From: Candidatus Poribacteria bacterium
Lineage (GTDB): Bacteria > Poribacteria > WGA-4E > UBA9662
Direction: 5' to 3'
Length of the DNA: 64,000 bases
Assembly (NCBI GenBank): GCA_036339735.1
Contig: JAYZAL010000100.1
Span: 35,419 to 99,418, forward strand
The notes under the pieces are model-generated. The model saw nothing but the letters and a program-made list of their open reading frames with translations. It was not told the origin of the DNA and did not search any database. The position numbers and the translations under genes are program-made. Shown here in pieces: positions 27,158 to 37,105 of this stretch (positions are counted from its first letter, which is position 1; the number at the start of each line of letters is the position of its first letter).

Positions 27158-27868
27158 CTAGGCCCTACCATAGACAGGAACAGTTGCCCCATTAATTATA
27201 CTTGCCTGCTCAGAAATCAAGAAACCAACTACCTGGGCAATCTGGTGAGGTTTAACCCAAAGACTGTGGTCCTCATTGGGCATTGCTTGTCGGTTTGTTG
27301 GGGTATCAATAATCGATGGCATAATAGCATTAACGTTGATTTTCTTATCTTTCACCTCTTCAGCAATAGATTCAGTCAATATGCGAACTCCAGCTTTAGC
27401 TGTCGAATAAGCACTCATTCCAGCTGTTCCCTTCAAACCAGCCCTTGCTGAAACATTGATGATTTTCCCATACTGGCGTTCCATCATATGAAATAATACA
27501 GACCGACAGCAGAGAAATACCGACTTGAGGTTCAAATTCATCATAAATTCCCATTCATCCAACGTCATTTCTGCTGTTAGGTTTCCGCCGACAAATCCTC
27601 CAGCTATATTGGCTAACAAATCTATTTTTCCGAATTTTTCCAAAGCCGTTTCTGTCAGTTTATCAACTTCATCAGCTTTGGTAAGGTCGGTTGAGACTAA
27701 TGATACGTCCATCATTTTGTTGCCAATCTTACGCTCAAATAGTTCAATTTCATCCTCAATAAAGGAGGGAACTATTAGACGGTATTGATTTGACAACAGG
27801 TATTGGCAAATGGCGGTTCCCAATGCCCCTGTTCCTCCAGTTACAATTGCTGACTTGTAGTTAGCCAT
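27158..27868 (-). CDS. SDR oxidoreductase (FabG-like)
   Basis: 'VTGGTGALG', 'NIAGG', 'YSTAKAG', 'NAIMPSIIDTP.NR'. Confidence 0.88.
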   Translation of the reverse strand: MANYKSAIVTGGTGALGTAICQYLLSNQYRLIVPSFIEDEIELFERKIGNKMMDVSLVSTDLTKADEVDKLTETALEKFGKIDLLANIAGGFVGGNLTAEMTLDEWEFMMNLNLKSVFLCCRSVLFHMMERQYGKIINVSARAGLKGTAGMSAYSTAKAGVRILTESIAEEVKDKKINVNAIMPSIIDTPTNRQAMPNEDHSLWVKPHQIAQVVGFLISEQASIINGATVPVYGRA

Positions 27869-29162
27869 GAAATTCCTCTTTTGACTTCGTCAAGTTTGTC
27901 TCATTAGATATTGTTTGATCCACTGTCACGCGGTAAATTCGTCTATTATCTGCTTCTAAAACTGAAAGTTTCAATCTATCAATTTGGAAGGTTTCTCCTT
28001 TTTCCGGTACTCGTCCAAAATGATCAATCATTACACCACCAATTGTATCGACACTAACTACTTCTAAATTACTGTTAAAAAAATCGTTAAAATCATCAAT
28101 GTTCATTCGAGCATCAACGGAATAAATATCTGACGATATTTGAATGCACTCAACTTGTTCTTCTGTGTCGTATTCATCCTGAATCTCGCCAACTATTTCT
28201 TCAATAATATCCTCTATTGTTACTAAACCTGCAGTGCCACCATACTCATCAACAATAATTGCTAAGTGTAATCGACTACTCTGCAAGTCTTGAAATAGGT
28301 CCCATATTTTACGGCTTTCTGGCGTAAAATATGGAGGACGACTTGACACAAGCTGTTCTAAATCGACCGTTTCCCCTTTAGACCAACAATCTAACAATTC
28401 TTTGACATGCAAAATACCAATTATATTGTGGCTATGGTCTACTCGATCACGGTACACTGGAATACGAGAGTGCCTAGATTGAATAGCTGCGCGTAAGATT
28501 TCGTCGATACCTGATTTAGCTTCTAGATGAACTATGTCGGTTCGAGGTATCATGATTTCGCGGACTACTTTATCTGGCAGGCCGAGAATTCGAGAAATCA
28601 TCTCGTGTTCTTCGACGTCAAAATCTCCCTGTCTATTTCCCACAGATACGAAGGTTTCCAACAATTCTGGCGAAACAATACTATCTATTTTGATATTCTT
28701 ACCTCCCAAAAGACGTATTGAAAAGCGAGATAGATAAGTCATTGGTAAAATAATTGGAAAAAGTAACCAGCAAACCGGTCGCAGTATATATAGTAACTTA
28801 ATCAATACATTAGTATTGATTGGATAGCTATAGTTCCGTGGAATCAGTTCCACTAGCAAAACGAAAACTAAAATGACAACTAAAGATGGAGCAATTTTTG
28901 GCAGAGAAATGAGAAGTGGAAAAGATAGAGTAAACGCACTCACAATTGACAACCACTTTAGGAGAGCTAAAGCTACGTGATACTTCTGCGGTTGACTGAG
29001 TAAGGTATAGAGGACCTCGTAGTTGCCCCCCCCATCCTCGGCTACTTCTATAACTTGATTCTTATCAAGTCCTTTTAGGAAAGATTCAGCCATCGAAACT
29101 AGAAAAGAAAAAACAACAGATACGAAAATGCCGAAAAAAGTTATACTTTCTATGTCATCCAA
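27861..29162 (-). CDS. corC: HlyC/CorC (hemolysin-family) CNNM-CBS-CorC protein
   Basis: N-terminal TM helices, 'VREIMIPR', 'HSRIPVY', 'AIIVDEYGGTAGLVTIEDIIEEIVGEIQDEYD'; follows phoH-ybeY. Confidence 0.88.
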   Translation of the reverse strand: MDDIESITFFGIFVSVVFSFLVSMAESFLKGLDKNQVIEVAEDGGGNYEVLYTLLSQPQKYHVALALLKWLSIVSAFTLSFPLLISLPKIAPSLVVILVFVLLVELIPRNYSYPINTNVLIKLLYILRPVCWLLFPIILPMTYLSRFSIRLLGGKNIKIDSIVSPELLETFVSVGNRQGDFDVEEHEMISRILGLPDKVVREIMIPRTDIVHLEAKSGIDEILRAAIQSRHSRIPVYRDRVDHSHNIIGILHVKELLDCWSKGETVDLEQLVSSRPPYFTPESRKIWDLFQDLQSSRLHLAIIVDEYGGTAGLVTIEDIIEEIVGEIQDEYDTEEQVECIQISSDIYSVDARMNIDDFNDFFNSNLEVVSVDTIGGVMIDHFGRVPEKGETFQIDRLKLSVLEADNRRIYRVTVDQTISNETNLTKSKEEFHG

Positions 29163-29196
29163 GTCTAAGCAAATACTCCTTTCCTAGTCATAGGAT

Positions 29197-29712
29197 TTAT
29201 AGATTGAAACTTGATGTAGATGGCCAACCAAGCATGTTCGAAATTTGGTCTGAAATCCGTTGCTGCTCTTTAAACATACACTCAGCATCTTTTTCATTTA
29301 GATGATCGAAACCAAGAAGATGTAAAGTGCCATGAATCGTTAAGGCCACCAGTTCCATTTCTAATGAGTGAGATTGATTAACAGCTTGGCGCCTAGCAGT
29401 TGAAATGGAGATTGCAATATCCCCAAGTATCAATGGCTGACTCATGGGACCATAGTTGACATCTTTTTCGTGAATCACTGGAAACGCCAAAACATCAGTC
29501 GGTTTATTGACTGCGCGGTATCGTTGATTCAAGGTTTTCAATTCTTCGTCGTTTGTCATAAGAATACAAACCTCATAAATTTCTGCTTGATGAGCAATGA
29601 GTGTTCTTTCTGCAGCAAGTCGGGCTAAAGAAAAAGCTGACTCAATTTCATTTTCAAGAAGTACTGTCCTCTCAGATTCAACATTGGACCAGTTATCAAT
29701 TAGATGAACCAT
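29197..29712 (-). CDS. ybeY: rRNA maturation RNase YbeY
   Basis: 'LNQRYR..NKPTDVLAF', 'LGDIAIS', 'HGTLHLLGFDH'. Confidence 0.95.
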   Translation of the reverse strand: MVHLIDNWSNVESERTVLLENEIESAFSLARLAAERTLIAHQAEIYEVCILMTNDEELKTLNQRYRAVNKPTDVLAFPVIHEKDVNYGPMSQPLILGDIAISISTARRQAVNQSHSLEMELVALTIHGTLHLLGFDHLNEKDAECMFKEQQRISDQISNMLGWPSTSSFNL

Positions 29713-30682
29713 TTGTTTCTTCTAAAGTAGTTTTTTCGTAGGCTTCGATAATTCGCTGAACTAGCTCATGTCGAACGACATCTTCTTTGGAAAAATACAC
29801 AAAGCCAATTCCTTCTACACCGTTTAGTACTTTTTCAGCATTAACTAAACCAGATGATTTTCCTACTGGTAAATCAGTTTGTGTTACATCTCCAGTGATA
29901 ACAGCTTTGGAGTTAAATCCTAATCTAGTTAAAAACATTTTCATCTGTTCAATAGTTGCATTTTGTGCCTCGTCTAACACTACAAAAGAGTTATTCAGGG
30001 TTCGACCTCGCATAAACGCCATCGGTGCAACTTCAATGACATTACGATCTATATAACTTTCTAAGCTTTCGGCAGGCATCATATCGTGCAAGGCATCATA
30101 AAGAGGCCGTAGGTAAGGATCAATTTTAGCGGCTAGGTCCCCAGGTAAAAAACCAAGTCTTTCACCAGCTTCCACAGCAGGACGAGTAAGAATAATTCGA
30201 CCTAACTCACCTTTTTTGAGTGCTGCGACTGCCATCGCCATTGCCAAGTAAGTTTTTCCTGTACCAGCTGGACCAATCCCAAATACTAAATCGTGCTTTT
30301 TAATTGACTCAATATAACTTCGTTGGCCCAAGGTTTTTGGACGAATCACCCCTCGCTTAGAAAAGACCGGAATTGATTCGCTAAGTATTTCTTTCGGATC
30401 TTCTTTTGTATTACCTTTGGCCAACCGGGTAGCGTAACGCACATCTCCTAACTGAATTTTCTGACCTTTCCTGGTTAAATGAAGCAAGAACTCGAAGGAG
30501 CGGGCGGCGCAACGTACACTGTTAAAATCATCACCAACGACCTGTAACCCATCGCTTCTAATCTGAACCCGAACATTAAAGGTTTCTTCGATTGATTTCA
30601 GATGTATATCTGCTTCTCCAAATACGGATTGGATTTCTTTATTATTCTGAACAGATATGTTCAGAGATTCTTGGTTCTGCAA
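29696..30682 (-). CDS. phoH: PhoH-family ATPase (YbeZ)
   Basis: 'GPAGTGKTYLA', 'RPAVEAGERLGFLPG', 'MRGRT', 'DEAQN'. Start moved to TTG 30682 behind a GGAG RBS. Confidence 0.95.
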   Translation of the reverse strand: MQNQESLNISVQNNKEIQSVFGEADIHLKSIEETFNVRVQIRSDGLQVVGDDFNSVRCAARSFEFLLHLTRKGQKIQLGDVRYATRLAKGNTKEDPKEILSESIPVFSKRGVIRPKTLGQRSYIESIKKHDLVFGIGPAGTGKTYLAMAMAVAALKKGELGRIILTRPAVEAGERLGFLPGDLAAKIDPYLRPLYDALHDMMPAESLESYIDRNVIEVAPMAFMRGRTLNNSFVVLDEAQNATIEQMKMFLTRLGFNSKAVITGDVTQTDLPVGKSSGLVNAEKVLNGVEGIGFVYFSKEDVVRHELVQRIIEAYEKTTLEETNGSSN

Positions 30683-30819
30683 TACTTGACTGACTCCACA
30701 GATGAAAAAAATTAATATTAGTACGAAGGAAAGAACAAGGGACAAGAGAAAAACAGCAGAAACGCTATGATACGATAAAAACTCCCTTAATGCAAGTTTA
30801 GCGAGCTGAGAAGAGCATC

Positions 30820-32550
30820 CTACTTGAGTCGATCGATCTGAGTTAAAAATTGCTGAGTTTGAATTCTAATATGTTCTATGGTTGCTTGTTTATCCGTTAT
30901 GGAAAACTGCTCTAAATCACATTGCCGCAAAATGGAAATAAGTGCACTAACTAATTTTACTGGGATTGATCTATTGACTAGATGTTGTCTTACCATTTCC
31001 GGATTCCAGCCTCTAGCTGATTTATCGTGGATTTCTCCCACGTAATTATAAACAATCGTTGAGAGCTCGCCGAAAGTTTCTGCTCTTTTAATGGATTGAA
31101 TCGCTTTTTGTAAAGGATCAGTGTTGATTTGTTTTTTCCTTTTATTATTTTTATAATCTTGTAACCATTTGACACTAAAATATACACCACAACTTATAAG
31201 TAATATAAAGAAAAATGCGAATGCTGTGTAGATCAGATTCATTTTCTTTTTCATTTCTGTATTAGCAATAATATCTGCTGAAGCACTTAGGCTTCTGACA
31301 TTAATAGATTTAGGTAGTACTGCTAAGGATAACGCCCCCGTAGAAATTTCATTGTACTGCTCTGCAATCGGGTCAAAATAAGAGTAAGGTATCGGAGGTA
31401 CTGAAGTTACTCCAATCTGGACTGGAACTAGTACATATTTGTACATCCGTTTCCCGTAGATCTTCCCTTGGTGAATTTCGCTTTTGTCCTGAATTTCTGG
31501 TATGTGAGTGATGAACTGTGTCATTAAGGGTAATTGCAAATTAGGATGTGTTTCGAAATTGCCATATCCGAAAACCTTGACGGTCAAAATAACGGCTTCA
31601 TTCAGTTGAACTGATTTTTTGTCTAGGCTTGCTCGAATTTGGTATTGTCCAACAATATTGCCAAAGTTAACTGGTTTACCCTTAGTTGGTAAGGATTGAA
31701 TATTCAACCCAACAGAATTAGTTATGAGTTCAGGAGGGGGAGAATTGTCTGTCAGACTCGGAGAAATAGGGAAACGCAGCTTTGCTGGTTCAATGACCAC
31801 TCGACCTGTTTTTAAAGGGAAAAGTGCTACTTTAATCTCCTCCATCCGAAACTGTTGTCCGTTGATGGCTTTTGTTTGATTGTCGTCCGAACCCAATCTC
31901 TTTTCCCGAAAATGAGAAAATGAAGGCGAAATATAATTGGGAGAGTCAGGGGTTGGTAATCGAGCGGTATAAAAATAACGAAAAGTATAGGTGACCTGTT
32001 GATTCAGATAAGGATTAGCTCTATCAACAGTTGCTTCTATTCGTTGTCTGCCTCCATAAAAAGGGTTCTCATAACTATTTTCTCCATTTTCGTTGAATGA
32101 ACTCGAAGTAATTTGCAGATTATGTGGCAGGGTACTCAGTATCTCATTATTGTATTCAATTTCGAATGGCGGAATAGTTGTAATACCAATTTTCTTTGGC
32201 TTCAGACTATAAGACCATGTCATTATCACAGGAATTTTCCCGTTTGAAAACTGGTATTGGTTAGACAAACCGATATAAGAAATAGACAGTGTTTGCCACA
32301 TGTCTGAGTCTACTGCTGGCAGTTCTGGAGGACTAATTTTACTTAGTTGAGTTTCACCAAAAAGAGTTATTTTTAAAATGGCGGATTGTTCAAGAGTAAT
32401 CGTTTTCGGTGAAAGGTTTGATTGAACTTGTATTGACTCTGCTGCAGAAGAAATCGATAAACAGCAGGCAATAATAATCAAGCCGAACATAAGATCGGAG
32501 AAATCTAGGAGAGTAAATCGAAGATAACTTAGTAGACGATAGGAGAGCAT
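30820..32550 (-). CDS. BatD-family protein
   Basis: Repeated Ig-like BatD segments, 'VGQYQI', 'GYGN', 'YSYFDP..EQY', C-terminal TM helix; next to a Bat-type TPR gene. Confidence 0.75.
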   Translation of the reverse strand: MLSYRLLSYLRFTLLDFSDLMFGLIIIACCLSISSAAESIQVQSNLSPKTITLEQSAILKITLFGETQLSKISPPELPAVDSDMWQTLSISYIGLSNQYQFSNGKIPVIMTWSYSLKPKKIGITTIPPFEIEYNNEILSTLPHNLQITSSSFNENGENSYENPFYGGRQRIEATVDRANPYLNQQVTYTFRYFYTARLPTPDSPNYISPSFSHFREKRLGSDDNQTKAINGQQFRMEEIKVALFPLKTGRVVIEPAKLRFPISPSLTDNSPPPELITNSVGLNIQSLPTKGKPVNFGNIVGQYQIRASLDKKSVQLNEAVILTVKVFGYGNFETHPNLQLPLMTQFITHIPEIQDKSEIHQGKIYGKRMYKYVLVPVQIGVTSVPPIPYSYFDPIAEQYNEISTGALSLAVLPKSINVRSLSASADIIANTEMKKKMNLIYTAFAFFFILLISCGVYFSVKWLQDYKNNKRKKQINTDPLQKAIQSIKRAETFGELSTIVYNYVGEIHDKSARGWNPEMVRQHLVNRSIPVKLVSALISILRQCDLEQFSITDKQATIEHIRIQTQQFLTQIDRLK

Positions 32551-33180
32551 CTACCAATCTTTATCTGAATCCCTTTGATTGGTAAGTTTACGTCGTAGAA
32601 ACTGTCTATGAACCACTTGTTCACTCGTTAGAAATGATTCTAGAAGCCGAATTGCACCTTGTTTGGATATTAAGATGTCCCCGTCCCCAACATTATTAGC
32701 AGAAAGGAGACTATTCGTCTTTTTTTGCAGTTTCTGGGTTTGCAGTTTCTGGGTTTGCAGTTTCTGGGTTTGCAGTGCAAGTAGGGCCAATTCTAAATTG
32801 TGTTTTGCTGATTTATCACTCGAGTTTAAGCGGAGACAAGACTTATAAGACTGAATTGCCTTCTCAGTTTTTCCATTTTTCAACTGTGAGTTGCCCAGAT
32901 TATAGTAAACGTCTGACGGCTTTAGTCGATCAACTTGGTCAAGTAGAGATTTCTGAAAGTGGATTTCGGCCAAGTCGAATTCCTTCTGCTTGTAGTAAGT
33001 AGCACCTAGGTTAAAATCAGCTATGGCAGGTACTTGATCTCTTGATATTTGAAAAGATAACTCAGCTGATTGGTAATCAGCTGCTGAATAAAGCTGATAG
33101 CCTTGTCGCATTGTACTCGTTTTACGATCAATCCACCCAACTAAGCACACTAGTATGCTAACGAATATCAGAACTCTCAC
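32551..33180 (-). CDS. BatC/BatE-like TPR protein
   Basis: 'FNLGATYYKQ', 'YYNLGNS', 'AIQSYK..LRLN..D..AKHNLELAL', C-terminal 'KDW'. Confidence 0.75.
   Translation of the reverse strand: MRVLIFVSILVCLVGWIDRKTSTMRQGYQLYSAADYQSAELSFQISRDQVPAIADFNLGATYYKQKEFDLAEIHFQKSLLDQVDRLKPSDVYYNLGNSQLKNGKTEKAIQSYKSCLRLNSSDKSAKHNLELALLALQTQKLQTQKLQTQKLQKKTNSLLSANNVGDGDILISKQGAIRLLESFLTSEQVVHRQFLRRKLTNQRDSDKDW
32724..32776. repeat. 15-bp perfect tandem repeat (TTTGCAGTTTCTGGG) x3.5, encoding (LQTQK)n
   Basis: Copies start at 32724, 32739, 32754 and 32769 (partial); in frame in the TPR gene. Confidence 0.95.
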
Positions 33181-33206
33181 TACAAACCAAACCTATACGT
33201 CTTGAT

Positions 33207-36200
33207 TTATTTATCTTCTTGGGTCAGTTTTAGAATCATCTGCGCTAAAACTGATCGGTGTGCGTAAATTGAATCAGGATTTTGAGAGTAACTGACTAAG
33301 CTTGTTAATACGGTTTCGGGAACTACGAGATAACCTTCTGCTTCGCGAACGGAAGCTTTCTCAGGATCCGTCGCATTTTTAACTAAGTCTTGTAAAAGCC
33401 AAAAATATTCGTAATCTTCAATTCCCTCGCGTAACAACTCCATCCGAATAGAGTTGATAGGACCTTCTAGTGAATGGCTGATTTGCCCATCATTATAATT
33501 GGCTAATGCCATAGGCGGTGGGTAGATCAAGCGACCGTCTCCATTCCCCCAATTGCGAGTGTTGCCAATCTGAGGTGGATTCTCTGGCGGGTAACTCATT
33601 GGGTCTTGGTAAGGATTTTGCGGCAGCGTTTGCCCAATAGACCCCGAAGACTGATCTTGGTCGTTCCAATAATTACTCTGCCAGATTCGAATTCCATTGA
33701 CTTTATAATGCCATGTCTGCCACAACCACATTCGAAGATCAATTGCATTATGATCAATGAAAGACCCTACATAGGGGGCTATTGGCTGATTACGTAAGTA
33801 CCACCATACTTGCTCACCCTTGGCCTTTCTTTCTTCTGCTAAGGCTGGATTAAAATTTGGAACAATCGGACACCATAATTCCACACTTTCGATCAGTTCA
33901 GGCTCAATTTGCTCCGTCAAAAAACGATTCATTTTCGGAGCAAACCGATGAATCCGGTCCATACCGGCTTTAACAAACTGATAATCTTGCTCAGTCGGCT
34001 CATCAAACCAGTAAACATAAGCTCTGTCTAGCCAACCTTTTTCCTCTAAATAGTTTTGAAGTTGATTAAGATAGCCGCTAAACAGAATGTTGTATTCCTC
34101 TGTACCAACTGGATATCCCTCTATAACACCTTGTTCGTTACCAGTAAGATGTTTCGTGCCCATCCCTTCTAGTGGCAACTGAAAGGCATTAAAATGCAGT
34201 TCATCCAAGTAGCGTGTTGCAGTAAGTTCGAATGGGTTAGTATCAAGAGTAATATTCCAATCAGCAACGGTTCGCTCAAAGTCAGGGTCAGGAATCAGGT
34301 TTTCACCAGTAGGCATAAGGTTTAATGATAATTGATCAAACCAAGCTACTCCAGTTTTTTCCTCAGCCGAATTTGGAGCTATGGGGAAGAAAGCCAGACG
34401 GATTGACACAGTCTTTGAAGGAAATGAACCAATCTGCGTCCAAAAACGTTCCCACTGCCCATTTCCAACGAATGGAAAATCAATCCGTTGAAAAGTTTCA
34501 TTATTTTGGTCTAAACAAAGAATAGACAATTGGTAAGATTGCGAAGAGCGCTCAGTTCGGGCATGCCAACTCAATTCATAGGATTTATCCTTACTGATTC
34601 TGATGTTATACCGACTGATTGCAGCCATGTCAGAAGCGTTATCACTATCTACAACCTTCAAGCTGTGTTGCCCTTCTACTTTTACAGCAGAATCTTGCTC
34701 CCCACCTAACCACCAATTCCCTTCAAAATCAGTAATGATAGGAGACATTTCCATTGGGTTCTCTGGAGAAATGCGATGATTAGCAAAATTCTCATAGTAT
34801 TTTTCTAATACTTGGTTAAGTTCAGATTCATCTTCCAATTGGTGGTATTTTTTGACTCTCTCAGGATCAAAGCCAAAACTTGAACGGATGTGGGTTTCAT
34901 CCGACAGGGCAAAATCCCAAACCTTAAGTTCGACCTCAATCGTTTCCTGCCAAATACTTCCTTCCTTTCTCGTTTTGATGTTAGTTGTTTTCTCGGCAGA
35001 CACACCGGAGATTTGTTCTTCCACTGTTTCTTCTATAGTAACCATCAATGGCTGATGGCCTGAAGCATCTATACAATTCTCATGAAGTCCGGATAAGGCT
35101 GCTCGTTTCTTGATTGAGCTGGTCTGTTGACTAATAGATACTGGAGAAACAGGAAACTCTCTGGACAAACTTATATCTTCACTTAGCACACCACTCACAA
35201 TTATAGTACCTCGATAGGTTCCTGCAGGTAAGTCTGGTAACGTCCGGAACGTTAACCAGAAAGGATAGTTTTGACCCGGATAAAGCTCCATTGGTAGGTT
35301 ATGAGGTAAGAGTGGATCTGGCCAATACCCTCTAGATCCTGTGTGGTCGGATGGGTGTCGGACTAACAAGTAGCCGACGTTGTTGACTTGGATTTGATCT
35401 GCTGGTATTAAATTATTTTGCTCAGAGAGAAAATTACTAGAAGCAACTGTAACTTGACTCAAGCGGTGTTTGGGGCGTACTACGATTTGGAATGGTTCAT
35501 ATTCATTTTTGGCAGCGCTAAGACGAACTAAAGAAGATCTTTGCGTTGGAGGTACTTGCTGTCGGCTAATCTTTCGTGTGGCATCAGCCCACCATATGCT
35601 TGCTATATCATCGTCCTTGGATACGGTTTCACCATAGTCGGCTTGATATAAGATAGACATATGGAAAGGTATGGTTGCAAAAAACACCGATTCTCCGTAG
35701 AAGCGGTCAATCAGCTCTATCTCCATTTCGTAGATACCAGCCTGTTCTAATCGGTAATCAGTCCACAGAATTTCCCAAGTTTCCGCGACGCCAACCGTTA
35801 ATACTCGACGGCTATTGGTGGATGAAGCATCACTACTGTACAAACCCCCAGAAGCTATCGGATTGATTCGCATCACAGCTTCGACCTCCATGCTGTAATC
35901 GATCAAGTTGGTGATATCAATTGCAACTTGGTTGTTGTCTCCACTATTCAAGTCCCCTATTGTTTTGAACTCAACTTCAAGTGCTCCCGTGTTTCCTATT
36001 ACTTCAACGTAGTTAGTATCTCCGATAAACTGAATCGCGTTATCTTCAATTGTTGCCCAGTATTGATAGTCAGTGATTTGGCAATCACCCGTCGTTTTAA
36101 ACCGTATAAAAATCGAATTAGCTGGTAACAACGTATTCGGAACTTGCACCGTATGTTCTCCACTATTCTCAATGGTCTGTGCCACTGTGGATATTGAATC

Positions 36201-36986
36201 AAAGCTGGGGTCGGTTGCACATTCAACTAATAGTTTCGTCCCATCTTGTATTTGGAGCTGAAGTTTGATCTCTGAGTACATCTGATTCTGGTTAACCAGA
36301 CTATGTTGATAGATGATCTGATCTTGAGCTGTTAACACCCAGCGGTCCGTATTGAAACTTGCTGTGTGTTGAAACAAGCACCGAGAGGAATTCCCATCTG
36401 TGTCAGTAAAGTCAGAGTAGAAAGTATATTTCCCATCGTGAATCAGTTCACCTTTGCCTAATTCTAAACCGTTCAGGTGTCGGTGTACGGGCGTGACCTT
36501 AACCAGAGATACATCGTCAAATTGGACTTTACCCTCAAACCGCCAGTGGCCAAAACGCAAAAACGCATTTCGAACTTGCTGTGGCGTTTTGAAGATGAAC
36601 TCCTTATTTTGCCAGTCAATTGAAGCTGGTAGATCAATATTAGCTAGGTGAGAGCCCGCGATTACTGTCCCAGTTCCATCTGCAAAAACAGAGAAACGTA
36701 ACCGATAAAAGGTATCCGAAGAAAAAGGATTCTGCTCAGATCGCCAGTAACTTGAGTCATTACCTTGACCAGAGACACTAATGCTTCGACCTGTCTTTCC
36801 TGTAAATTCCCACTTACCTTCATTTCCAGATGGCAAGATCCATCCATTTGGAAATTCACCATCCAATCCCTCAAAAGCACCATTGGTAATGTTTATCAAT
36901 TGGTCCCGTGTAGAAGACGTCTGTGCCTGTGATAAGTGAGAGAAAAAAAACAAAAACAGAAACGGCAAGCCTGAGAGGATTCTCAA
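33207..36986 (-). CDS. Large secreted glycoside hydrolase-like protein (DUF4091 / GH123-like) with carbohydrate-binding modules
   Basis: Signal peptide after AAGGAG and TTG 36986; CBM-like units ('NGAFEG...GW', 'FDDVSL', 'NLIPDPDFE'); 'AKNEYEPFQ', 'WPDPL', 'YVYWFDEP', 'GDGRLIYPP', 'SIRMELLREGIEDYEY'. Confidence 0.72.
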   Translation of the reverse strand: MRILSGLPFLFLFFFSHLSQAQTSSTRDQLINITNGAFEGLDGEFPNGWILPSGNEGKWEFTGKTGRSISVSGQGNDSSYWRSEQNPFSSDTFYRLRFSVFADGTGTVIAGSHLANIDLPASIDWQNKEFIFKTPQQVRNAFLRFGHWRFEGKVQFDDVSLVKVTPVHRHLNGLELGKGELIHDGKYTFYSDFTDTDGNSSRCLFQHTASFNTDRWVLTAQDQIIYQHSLVNQNQMYSEIKLQLQIQDGTKLLVECATDPSFDSISTVAQTIENSGEHTVQVPNTLLPANSIFIRFKTTGDCQITDYQYWATIEDNAIQFIGDTNYVEVIGNTGALEVEFKTIGDLNSGDNNQVAIDITNLIDYSMEVEAVMRINPIASGGLYSSDASSTNSRRVLTVGVAETWEILWTDYRLEQAGIYEMEIELIDRFYGESVFFATIPFHMSILYQADYGETVSKDDDIASIWWADATRKISRQQVPPTQRSSLVRLSAAKNEYEPFQIVVRPKHRLSQVTVASSNFLSEQNNLIPADQIQVNNVGYLLVRHPSDHTGSRGYWPDPLLPHNLPMELYPGQNYPFWLTFRTLPDLPAGTYRGTIIVSGVLSEDISLSREFPVSPVSISQQTSSIKKRAALSGLHENCIDASGHQPLMVTIEETVEEQISGVSAEKTTNIKTRKEGSIWQETIEVELKVWDFALSDETHIRSSFGFDPERVKKYHQLEDESELNQVLEKYYENFANHRISPENPMEMSPIITDFEGNWWLGGEQDSAVKVEGQHSLKVVDSDNASDMAAISRYNIRISKDKSYELSWHARTERSSQSYQLSILCLDQNNETFQRIDFPFVGNGQWERFWTQIGSFPSKTVSIRLAFFPIAPNSAEEKTGVAWFDQLSLNLMPTGENLIPDPDFERTVADWNITLDTNPFELTATRYLDELHFNAFQLPLEGMGTKHLTGNEQGVIEGYPVGTEEYNILFSGYLNQLQNYLEEKGWLDRAYVYWFDEPTEQDYQFVKAGMDRIHRFAPKMNRFLTEQIEPELIESVELWCPIVPNFNPALAEERKAKGEQVWWYLRNQPIAPYVGSFIDHNAIDLRMWLWQTWHYKVNGIRIWQSNYWNDQDQSSGSIGQTLPQNPYQDPMSYPPENPPQIGNTRNWGNGDGRLIYPPPMALANYNDGQISHSLEGPINSIRMELLREGIEDYEYFWLLQDLVKNATDPEKASVREAEGYLVVPETVLTSLVSYSQNPDSIYAHRSVLAQMILKLTQEDK

Positions 36987-37105
36987 CTTCTTAACTCCTT
37001 CCGGTATGAAATCATATCTGACAATCAAACGATCGAGTAAAATCGGCAACTTCTAATTGTGCGGATATCGGTTGAATTTGTCAATACAAAAACATGCGTA
37101 CATAC

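Noticed and set aside
27861-30682. phoH-ybeY-corC cluster as a novel system
   Set aside because: Widely conserved ybeZYX arrangement.
32724-32776. Direct repeats as a CRISPR array
   Set aside because: 15-bp head-to-tail units with no spacers, inside a CDS, and no cas genes.
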